Origin: an uncultured Acidobacteriota bacterium
GTDB lineage: Bacteria > Acidobacteriota > Blastocatellia > RBC074
DNA: 64,000 nt
NCBI GenBank assembly: GCA_963796275.1
Contig: CAWCKY010000006.1
Coordinates: 1,024,001-1,088,000 of the forward strand
Direction: 5' to 3'
Shown here one piece after another: positions 51,260 through 59,447 of this stretch. The stretch's first letter is position 1, and every line of letters begins with the position of its first letter. The notes beneath the pieces are model-generated. The model was not told where the DNA came from. It ran no database searches and saw only the letters and a list, made by a program, of their open reading frames with translations. The position numbers were made by a program, and so were the translations under genes.

Positions 51260-51505
51260 ATGGTAACCTTAAGCAATATTGAATTGCACGATAAAATCAC
51301 CAAGCTGCTATCAGAGAAGGTTCTTATAGAAGCATCATCGATTGAAACCGACCTTGTAGAGACTGGTTTACTCGACTCGCTCAAACTGGTGGAGTTGATG
51401 ACGAGCCTCGAAGATGAGTTCGGGATCACCATATCATTCGATGAGATAGAGATTGATAACTTTCGTTCCATCGCAAGTATTGCGGAGTATGTCAATCAGA
51501 GGTAG
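51260..51505 (+). CDS. Acyl/aminoacyl carrier protein (DltC-like)
   Basis: 81 aa, acidic; DLVETGLLDSL phosphopantetheine site; LEDEFGITI; NFRSIASIA. Confidence 0.9.
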   Translation: MVTLSNIELHDKITKLLSEKVLIEASSIETDLVETGLLDSLKLVELMTSLEDEFGITISFDEIEIDNFRSIASIAEYVNQR

Positions 51506-51521
51506 CAGAATGTGATTTGAA

Positions 51522-52547
51522 TTGAGACTGGAGGGGAAGGTGCGCGCAATTGGAACTGGAGTCTCGGTTGTAATACCGGCTTATAATGAAGAAAGAGGTG
51601 TGGGGCCACAGGTGGAGTCGATCCGGCTGGTTTTAACTTCGCACCGGATAAAACACGAAATCATAGTCGTTGACGATGGATCAGATGATCGCACGGCTGA
51701 GGAGGCTGTCAAAGCCGGCGCCCGCGTATTTCAGCATCTGAAGAACAGGGGGTACGGCGCATCACTCAAGACCGGTATTTTGGCGGCCAGCTACGAAGCG
51801 ATAGCCATCACGGACGCTGATGGCACTTATCCTTCCGACCAAATCCCTCCAATGCTGAAATTGCTCGAAACCGCGGATATGGTGGTCGGGGCGCGCACGG
51901 GTGATAGTGTGAGCATTCCGCTTCTGCGTAAGCCCGGCAAATTGTTCCTCGGATGGCTCGCCAACAGGATCGCCGGCCAGAAGATACCCGACCTGAATTC
52001 CGGGTTGCGCGTTTTCTGGCGTGAGTGCGCAGAGCAGTACTTTTCCGTACTGTCCAACAAGTTCTCATTCACAACTACCATTACTTTAGCGTTGCTGGCT
52101 GATGACTACCGGGTGTTATATCACCGCATTAATTATTACCGGCGAATCGGCAGATCAAAAATAATGCCCAGGCATTTTCTGGATTTCACTATCCTGGTGA
52201 TTCGCATGGCAATGCTATTTAAACCGCTCAGAGTTTTTGTTCCGATTGTGTGCACATCGGGGCTGGCGGGGGTTATCAAGGTCGCCTTTGACATCGCGGT
52301 GGCTGTAATGCGGAACGGAGGGCTCGGTTGGAGCTTATTCTCCGAGCCCGTTATCTCGACGTCCGCCTTACTGTTACTTTTAGGGAGTTACCAATTGTTA
52401 CTCATAGGTATGGTGGCTGACGGATTGATTCGGCGCATTGCGCGTCATAATCAACCGAGAGTGCTCTCGCATGGAATTTTGGTTGCTGAGATATCCAAGG
52501 GACGGCAATTCGAAGAACCAGCCTGTGCGAGCCAGACTGAGAAGTAA
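51522..52547 (+). CDS. GT2 polyprenyl-phosphate glycosyltransferase (DPM1/GtrB/ArnC-like)
   Basis: SVVIPAYNEE, VVDDGSDD, NRGYGASL, TDADGTY, DMVVGAR, DLNSGLR; two C-terminal TMs. Confidence 0.85.
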   Translation: MRLEGKVRAIGTGVSVVIPAYNEERGVGPQVESIRLVLTSHRIKHEIIVVDDGSDDRTAEEAVKAGARVFQHLKNRGYGASLKTGILAASYEAIAITDADGTYPSDQIPPMLKLLETADMVVGARTGDSVSIPLLRKPGKLFLGWLANRIAGQKIPDLNSGLRVFWRECAEQYFSVLSNKFSFTTTITLALLADDYRVLYHRINYYRRIGRSKIMPRHFLDFTILVIRMAMLFKPLRVFVPIVCTSGLAGVIKVAFDIAVAVMRNGGLGWSLFSEPVISTSALLLLLGSYQLLLIGMVADGLIRRIARHNQPRVLSHGILVAEISKGRQFEEPACASQTEK

Positions 52548-52612
52548 GGAAGTAAACGAAGTAAATAGGATGAATCTCTAATCTTCACACCCAAGGGGTT
52601 CGAGACGGACGT

Positions 52613-54514
52613 ATGTGTGGCATTACCGGAATTTTACGAATTAACTCCGATGCCAATGGGTTTGATTTTAAGCTCATTGACCGGATGACCGATTCCTTGG
52701 CTCATCGAGGCCCCAATGACCGTGGTGTCTGGAACGATGACATGATCAGTCTGGGCAGCCGGCGGCTCTCTGTCATAGACCTGTCGGCCGCCGGCCATAT
52801 GCCGATGAGCAATGAGGACGGCAAAATCCAGATCGCCTACAACGGCGAACTATACAATTTCCGTGAGCTCAAGGAACGATTTCAGCTGGTCGAACGCGGA
52901 CATATATTTCGTTCGCGCACTGACACGGAAGTTCTCGTTCATCTTTACGAAGAGCTGGGAATCGAGATGGTGAAATACCTCAATGGTATGTACGGCATCG
53001 CCATCTGGGATAGCCGCAGTCAGATGCTCTATCTGATACGGGATCACGCAGGAATCAAGCCCCTGTTCTACCAGCGCGATGATCATTACTTCCGCTTCGG
53101 TTCGGAGATCAAAGCAATTCTGGCCGACAGCCGCGTCCCGCGCAGGCCGTCGCTTCAGGCATTGCACGATTTTCTCTCCTTCGATTATGTGCCCGGGCCG
53201 CAAACCGCTTTTGAAGGTATACATGAGCTGCCGCCGGGCCATTGGATGAGCGTCGATCAGGACGGGCAAATCGATATTCAGCGATTCTGGGATGTGTCGT
53301 GGGAACCGGATGAGACGCTCAGTGAAAAAACAGCCAGCCGGCGCGCGCTCGAGCTCATGGATCGCGCGGTGAAAATGCAGCTGGTGGCCGATGTCCCGGT
53401 CGGCGTTATGTTATCTGGCGGTCTGGATTCAAGCACTCTTGTTGCGCTTATGCACCGGCACGTCTCGGAACCGATCCATACATATTCGGTCGGATTCGAG
53501 GACAAGAGTTTCAACGAGCTGCCTTACGCTCGTATCGTGGCCAGGAAATTTCAGACGGTTCAACGCGAGGTTGTGGTCACGCCGGATACCGTTCGCGAGC
53601 TATTACCCGTTTACCTGAGCTATATCGATGAGCCTTACGCCGACGGATCGGCCATCCCTACCTTTTGCGTCTGTCAGATAGCAAAGGATGAGGTGGTTGT
53701 GGTGCTATCGGGTGAGGGTGGCGATGAAATCTTCGCGGGATATGATACCTATTCCGCATTCAAGGCGTCGGAACTGTTCAAGTACGTCCCGCGATGGATT
53801 CGTCGATCTCTGATCGCTCCATTTGTCAACAGTCTGCCGGTCTCCGACAAAAAGCTCAGCCTCGAATTTAAGATGAAACGGTTTATAGGCGGACAGGAAT
53901 TGCCTCCCGCGCTGGCTCATTTATGGTGGCGCATTGTTTTAACCGAAAGTAAAAAACTGGAAATGTTTACTACTGAGTCGTTGGAGCAATTCGTTCCATC
54001 GTCATCCGATCGCTTCTTCATCGAGGAATTCAAGCGTGTGAAAGCCTTCGACGATCTTTCGCGAATAATGCAGATCGATTCATCGATATTCCTTCCCGAT
54101 GATCTTATGATCAAGAACGACCGGATGAGTATGGCGCATTCGCTGGAGGCGCGGGTCCCGATGACGGATACGGAATTGATCAGGTTTATGGCCAGAGTGC
54201 CGGCGAGGATCAAACTGCCGGGTTTGCGCAAAAAGAATGTTATGCGAGGCGCGATGGCGGATCTTTTGCCGCCTGAAATTTTGAACAAGAAAAAGGTCGG
54301 GTTGGAAATGCCGTATTCGAGGTGGTTCAAAAATGAATTGAGAGACTTGATCGAGCATCATCTCGGGCCGAAAAAAATCTCCGAAAGGAGATTGCTGAAA
54401 CCCGAATCAGTGAAGGCGCTGGTTGATGAGCATATGTCAGGGCGGCGCGATAACGGGCGCGCATTATGGGGATTGCTCAATTATATGGTGTGGCTCGATC
54501 TTTATATCCCGTAA
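52613..54514 (+). CDS. asnB: Second asparagine synthase-like glutamine amidotransferase
   Basis: MCGI, HRGP.D, RRLSVID, YNGELYN, LSGGLDSS, SGEGGDE, SLEARVP. Confidence 0.92.
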   Translation: MCGITGILRINSDANGFDFKLIDRMTDSLAHRGPNDRGVWNDDMISLGSRRLSVIDLSAAGHMPMSNEDGKIQIAYNGELYNFRELKERFQLVERGHIFRSRTDTEVLVHLYEELGIEMVKYLNGMYGIAIWDSRSQMLYLIRDHAGIKPLFYQRDDHYFRFGSEIKAILADSRVPRRPSLQALHDFLSFDYVPGPQTAFEGIHELPPGHWMSVDQDGQIDIQRFWDVSWEPDETLSEKTASRRALELMDRAVKMQLVADVPVGVMLSGGLDSSTLVALMHRHVSEPIHTYSVGFEDKSFNELPYARIVARKFQTVQREVVVTPDTVRELLPVYLSYIDEPYADGSAIPTFCVCQIAKDEVVVVLSGEGGDEIFAGYDTYSAFKASELFKYVPRWIRRSLIAPFVNSLPVSDKKLSLEFKMKRFIGGQELPPALAHLWWRIVLTESKKLEMFTTESLEQFVPSSSDRFFIEEFKRVKAFDDLSRIMQIDSSIFLPDDLMIKNDRMSMAHSLEARVPMTDTELIRFMARVPARIKLPGLRKKNVMRGAMADLLPPEILNKKKVGLEMPYSRWFKNELRDLIEHHLGPKKISERRLLKPESVKALVDEHMSGRRDNGRALWGLLNYMVWLDLYIP

Positions 54515-54585
54515 ATAGTGTTTTTATAAGTTTCTGTCCCTTTCGGGACTTCGGGGTGAACAAACAATTTTTTTGAGATTCAACG

Positions 54586-56013
54586 ATGTCGAAACCCCAT
54601 GTCATTATTCTTGGCGCAGGACCAGCCGGTCTGGGAGCGGCGTATCAGTTAACGCGGCGTAAACTGGCTCAAGTTACTGTGATTGAGCGGAACAGTGTGG
54701 TCGGGGGAAACGCCGGCAGTTTTGTGTTAGACGGATTGCGCGTCGATTATGGCAGCCACCGCCTGCATCCCGCCTGTAATCCGGATGTTTTGCGCGATAT
54801 TCGCGAGATGCTTAATGGCGACCTCTTGGATATGCCGCGCCACGGCAGGATCAGGTTGCGCGGCCATTGGATTCATTTTCCCCTGAAACCTCTGGATCTC
54901 GCCCTCAAGCTCCCACCCGGTTTTGCGCTGGGCGTGGCCGGCGATTTCTTCGGGAAATTTTTGCCGCTGAATTCCAACGGCAACGGCCCGGATACCTTCT
55001 CTTCGATTCTCGAGAAAGGCCTGGGACGAACTATCTGCAGAGATTTCTACTATCCTTACGCGCGCAAGTTATGGGGATTGGAGCCTGAAGAATTATCAGC
55101 GACGCAGGCGCGCCGCAGGGTTTCGGCCGGTTCGCTTACCAAGATGGCGAGGAAAGTGCTGTCAGCTGTGCCGGGATTCAAACCGCCGGGGAGCGGCCGG
55201 TTCTTTTACCCGCGCTTCGGATATGGCCAGATTTGCGAAGCATATTACGAGGCTGCCAAAAATTTGGGGGCGACATTTCTCCTCAAGACGAACCTCTTGT
55301 CGGTGGACATCCGAGATGACGGGCGTTCGGTTGTCGGTTATGAGCATAATGACGAGACCCATACATTGAATGGAGAATATGTATGGTCTACTATTCCGGT
55401 TACCTCGCTCGCAAGTCAGATAACGCCTGCACCGCCTCTCGATTATATTCAATCGGCGAAGGCGATCGACTATCGTGCAATGATACTCATCTACCTGGTG
55501 CTTGAGCAGGATCAGTTCACAGAGTACGATGCACATTACTTTCCAGAAAAGCAGATCAGGATATCGCGGCTATCGGAGCCCAAAAATTACAGTGCGAGCA
55601 CGGAACCGAGTAATCGGACCGTCCTCTGTGCTGAACTGCCCTGCAGTCCGAATGATCCGGAATGGAATATGAGCGATCACGCCCTGGGAGACTTGATGCG
55701 CAATGCCCTGGCATCGGCGGGTTTGCCGGTGCGCGCTCGAGTCTTGCGCGTAACATCGCGACGCTTGCGCCAGGCATATCCGATCTACCGGCAGGGGTAC
55801 GAGCACCACTTCAACCGGCTCGATCAATGGCTGAGCCGGATAAACGGACTGCTTACTTTCGGAAGGCAGGGTCTGTTTGCACACGATAACACTCACCATG
55901 CCCTGTTTATGGCGTATGCCGCGGTCGATTGCCTCGGAGCAGAAGGCCGGTTTGATTACGACCGTTGGCGCGATTTCCGGCGCATCTTCGAGACTCATGT
56001 CGTGGAGGATTGA
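54586..56013 (+). CDS. FAD-dependent oxidoreductase (UDP-galactopyranose mutase / HemY-like superfamily)
   Basis: ILGAGPAGL, VGGNAGS, DYGSHR, FYYPYARKLWG, FFYPRFG.GQ, AYPIY, GRQGLF. Confidence 0.82.
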   Translation: MSKPHVIILGAGPAGLGAAYQLTRRKLAQVTVIERNSVVGGNAGSFVLDGLRVDYGSHRLHPACNPDVLRDIREMLNGDLLDMPRHGRIRLRGHWIHFPLKPLDLALKLPPGFALGVAGDFFGKFLPLNSNGNGPDTFSSILEKGLGRTICRDFYYPYARKLWGLEPEELSATQARRRVSAGSLTKMARKVLSAVPGFKPPGSGRFFYPRFGYGQICEAYYEAAKNLGATFLLKTNLLSVDIRDDGRSVVGYEHNDETHTLNGEYVWSTIPVTSLASQITPAPPLDYIQSAKAIDYRAMILIYLVLEQDQFTEYDAHYFPEKQIRISRLSEPKNYSASTEPSNRTVLCAELPCSPNDPEWNMSDHALGDLMRNALASAGLPVRARVLRVTSRRLRQAYPIYRQGYEHHFNRLDQWLSRINGLLTFGRQGLFAHDNTHHALFMAYAAVDCLGAEGRFDYDRWRDFRRIFETHVVED

Positions 56014-56016
56014 GTT

Positions 56017-57105
56017 ATAAGACCTATCAGACCGTTCGAGAAAGAGGATATCCCCCAAGTGGCCGAAATGTTCCGGCGCCTCTTGTTGGGAGATGAGCCT
56101 TCGCGGCGTCGCCTGTCCACATCGGCACTTCAAGATTATTTTGAAAAAGTATTTTTTCTTAATCCCTGGTATGACGAATCACTTCCTTCGCTGATCTATC
56201 GAAATGGCGATGGGAAGATTATCGGATTCCTCGGTGTCGTGCCGCGCCGTATGTTCTTTCGAGACATTCCGATTAATGTCGCGATAAGCTTTCATTTCAT
56301 GGTCGAACCGGAGAGCCGCTCGACGCTTGCCGGCGTACATCTGCTGAGGACATTCTTTTCCGGGCCCCAGGACCTCTCGCTAACGGACGGCGCAGGCGAT
56401 GCCGGACGAAAGGTTTGGGAGATGGTTGGAGGGGTGTCGGTGCCGCTATATTGCCAGCGCTGGACGCGGATTTTAAGGCCGAGCAGGCAGGTTCTCGCCC
56501 TGCTCAGCAGAAACAAACTGATATCTTCGGTCTCCGGTCTGATGTCTCCTTTTTGCGATGTTACCGATTCGACCTTAGCTCATCTTATGCCGCGTTATTT
56601 CCCTGCAACTGAAAATTCTGAAGAGGAGCTGAATGTAAAAACGTTTATTGATGAGATGCCGCAGATAACCAAGGGGCTGGCGTTACGGCCGGATTACGAG
56701 ATCGATACGGCGCGGTGGGTATTCGACGGTGCGGCGCAAATGAAATATTACGGCGATCTCCATAAACTGTTGGTGCGGAATACCAAGGGCGAGGTAATCG
56801 GTTGGTTCATATACTATCTCAATCGTGGCAGCACGGGCGCAGTCGTTCAGGTAGCAGCACGGAAGGGGGCGATCGACGAAATTCTGGATCACCTGTTCAG
56901 CCATGCCCGGAGGAAAGGTGCAGTCTCACTCTCAGGCCGTGTCGAACCGAGATTCATGCGGGAGTTATCGGAGAAGCATTGTTTTTTCAGATCTGTCGGA
57001 GCTATGTTTCTGGTTCATTCGAGAAATGACGATCTATTGCACGCGATCCAGCGCGGAGACGCCTTTATAAGTCATCTGGAAGGCGAGTGGACATTATTGT
57101 TTTAA
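56017..57105 (+). CDS. GNAT-family N-acyltransferase (start uncertain)
   Basis: IRPFEKEDIPQVA N-terminus upstream of the called GTG; GKIIGFLG; FMVEPESR; two-GNAT-domain length. Confidence 0.7.
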   Translation: MRPIRPFEKEDIPQVAEMFRRLLLGDEPSRRRLSTSALQDYFEKVFFLNPWYDESLPSLIYRNGDGKIIGFLGVVPRRMFFRDIPINVAISFHFMVEPESRSTLAGVHLLRTFFSGPQDLSLTDGAGDAGRKVWEMVGGVSVPLYCQRWTRILRPSRQVLALLSRNKLISSVSGLMSPFCDVTDSTLAHLMPRYFPATENSEEELNVKTFIDEMPQITKGLALRPDYEIDTARWVFDGAAQMKYYGDLHKLLVRNTKGEVIGWFIYYLNRGSTGAVVQVAARKGAIDEILDHLFSHARRKGAVSLSGRVEPRFMRELSEKHCFFRSVGAMFLVHSRNDDLLHAIQRGDAFISHLEGEWTLLF

Positions 57106-57136
57106 CCAAGACAATACCTGCTTTGATTCGCTGAGC

Positions 57137-58204
57137 TCACGAGGAAAAGTCCCAGAGATTTTTGGGAGGCGGTGCATATTTGTGCCGCCTCGGCAGTGAA
57201 GCCGAGACGCCTGTCAGCCAGCCTTCAAACACGATCGGTTCCTGAAGCGCTGTATCGACAAATCGCGGTAGCAGCCGGCGATCGGTCTCCTGCGAAACAA
57301 GGCCCGGATCACATGTCGTAGCCGAGGTTATGCCCATTTCATCGAGCCAGGGAAAGAAAGTACGATCATATATGCCGCTGGGATAACATAAGTGTGTAGC
57401 ATGATTCCCGGTCATTGATTGGATGCTGGTCCGGTTATCCTCGATCTCCAGACGGAACGATTGGTACTCCATCGGGGTGCGGTGACGGTGAGTGTGGAGC
57501 TGGACGTCAACCCCATCATCCGCCAGCCGGCGTACTTCCTGAGGATTTAAGAGGTGTAATATTCTTTTGGCGAGCAGCGATTCGTAATCAACGGAGAGAT
57601 GTTTCGCCAGATTTGCCGCCAATATATCTTTCTCTTTCGCGGTCAGTTTCGCGCGCCTCGAGAATTGGAATATCTCATCGGTGGCTCTGTCGCACGCGCC
57701 GTCAAGCGATAGATCGAACTTCATATCCTGTCCGGTTATATCTTTCATATCTAACTTTCTGCCTCTGCCCTTCCAGATCAAGTAAGGACATACCGCATCA
57801 AAGACAGGCCTGTTGAAATAGGAGTAATAAGTTGTCAGGTACAGAGTAACAGGATAATTGAACTCTTTAATAATCGGGTATGCCAGTTTATAGAAGTCAT
57901 ACATGCCGTCATCAAAGGTCAAAGCTAAACATCGCTCAGGCAGGTCGTTGGCATATAAGCGCTGCAGCGATTCGTTTAACGGCAGAACGGTATAACCCAG
58001 CTTTTTGATTATTTGCATTCTTGAACGGAAGCTATCCTGTGGCATAAACAGCTCAGGGTTCCAGTTATGCTCATCCTCCTGGGAAATTCCATGGTAAGCG
58101 AGAATTAGCAGCCGCTTCCGGCGCCACCTGCTGTTCTGGACTAGGCTGAATACGCCTACTGTCTTGAGGGTACTAAGCGCTGCTAGTTTCATCTTTTTGA
58201 GCAT
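57137..58204 (-). CDS. Polysaccharide deacetylase (NodB/CE4)
   Basis: LILAYHG, LTFDDG, LHTHRH, LCYPSG, LLPRF. Confidence 0.88.
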   Translation of the reverse strand: MLKKMKLAALSTLKTVGVFSLVQNSRWRRKRLLILAYHGISQEDEHNWNPELFMPQDSFRSRMQIIKKLGYTVLPLNESLQRLYANDLPERCLALTFDDGMYDFYKLAYPIIKEFNYPVTLYLTTYYSYFNRPVFDAVCPYLIWKGRGRKLDMKDITGQDMKFDLSLDGACDRATDEIFQFSRRAKLTAKEKDILAANLAKHLSVDYESLLAKRILHLLNPQEVRRLADDGVDVQLHTHRHRTPMEYQSFRLEIEDNRTSIQSMTGNHATHLCYPSGIYDRTFFPWLDEMGITSATTCDPGLVSQETDRRLLPRFVDTALQEPIVFEGWLTGVSASLPRRHKYAPPPKNLWDFSS

Positions 58205-58240
58205 GGATGTATCTTACCATGGGTATCGATGAGAATTTAG

Positions 58241-58275
58241 GAAAACTGAAAACTGAAAACTGAAAACTGAAAACT
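58241..58275. repeat. (GAAAACT)5 perfect heptamer tandem repeat
   Basis: Five exact copies in the divergent intergenic region. Confidence 0.9.
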
Positions 58276-58293
58276 ATTTTCGAGGATAATCAA

Positions 58294-58761
58294 ATGAGTT
58301 ATTGGCTGATGAAATCAGAGCCCGAAACATTTTCGATCGATGATCTGGCCAAGTGTCCCAAGCAGACCACGAGTTGGGATGGGGTGAGAAACTACCAGGC
58401 CAGGAATTTCATGAGGGAGATGGAGGTCGGGGATCAAGTATTTTTCTATCACAGCAGTACCGACCCGACAGCCATCGTCGGTGTCGCCGAGGTCGTAAAA
58501 AAAGCCTATCCCGATCCCACGGCCTTCGATCCGAAAGATAAACACTACGATCCGAAGAGCAAGCCGGCCAGTCCGATCTGGGAGATGGTTGATATCAAGT
58601 TCGTGAAGAAATTCGATCATGTCTTAACACTCCAGGAATTGCGGGATTTGCCCGGGCTGGAGAAAATGGAGTTGTTGCGAAAGGGATCGCGTTTGTCGGT
58701 CCAACCAGTGCGACCGGAAGAATGGAAGATCGTGATCAAGGCGGCACAGAGCGAAAAGTAA
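58294..58761 (+). CDS. EVE-domain protein
   Basis: YWLMKSEP..FSIDDL, WDGVRNYQARNF, FFYHS, YYDPKS-like HYDPKS, RLSVQPV. Confidence 0.93.
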   Translation: MSYWLMKSEPETFSIDDLAKCPKQTTSWDGVRNYQARNFMREMEVGDQVFFYHSSTDPTAIVGVAEVVKKAYPDPTAFDPKDKHYDPKSKPASPIWEMVDIKFVKKFDHVLTLQELRDLPGLEKMELLRKGSRLSVQPVRPEEWKIVIKAAQSEK

Positions 58762-59423
58762 TGAAAGAGACCCAAAAAGAATTGCAGGAGCGCGCGAGGA
58801 AGATCGTCAAGGGACTCGAGCGACAGTATCCGGAGGCGAAGTGTGCGCTTATTCATTCCAACCCGCTTGAATTGCTTATCGCAACGATTCTCTCCGCACA
58901 ATGCACTGACGAACGCGTCAATATTGTGACGGCCACCCTCTTCCGCAAGTATCGCGGTTGCCGGGACTTCGTTGCGGCCCCGCAGGCTGAACTGGAGAGG
59001 GATATAAATTCCGTCACATTCTTCCGTAACAAGACGAAGTCGATAAAGAAGACTTGCGAAATACTGGTTGAAAAGCACGGCGGGCGAGTGCCGCAGACGA
59101 TGGAGGAGCTGGTCGAGCTATCTGGCGTGGGGCGCAAAACTGCGAATGTGGTGCTGGGCACGGCCTTCGGTATCCCGACGGGAGTCGTGGTCGACACTCA
59201 CGTGACCCGCGTCTCACAGAGGCTCGGACTGACGCATAATAAAGTTCCGGAGAAAATCGAAGCCGACCTCATGGAGCTCATTCCGAAGAAAGAATGGATA
59301 GATTTCTCGCATCGAATGATCCTGCACGGCAGACGGGTATGCAAAGCCCGTAAACCCGCGTGTGGGGATTGCGCCGTGGAGAAGCTATGTCCTTCATCGA
59401 CATTGAAAGTTCGATTAGGTTGA
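58761..59423 (+). CDS. nth: Endonuclease III
   Basis: LLIATILSAQCTD, HhH LSGVGRKTANVV, VDTHV.R, 4Fe-4S motif C-6-C-2-C-5-C. Confidence 0.95.
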   Translation: MKETQKELQERARKIVKGLERQYPEAKCALIHSNPLELLIATILSAQCTDERVNIVTATLFRKYRGCRDFVAAPQAELERDINSVTFFRNKTKSIKKTCEILVEKHGGRVPQTMEELVELSGVGRKTANVVLGTAFGIPTGVVVDTHVTRVSQRLGLTHNKVPEKIEADLMELIPKKEWIDFSHRMILHGRRVCKARKPACGDCAVEKLCPSSTLKVRLG

Positions 59424-59447
59424 TCACACCCGTTTGCAGTTCCGTTT

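Noticed and set aside
48361-51505. NRPS secondary-metabolite cluster or canonical dlt operon
   Set aside because: No condensation or thioesterase domains and no dltB/dltD; the context is polysaccharide biosynthesis.
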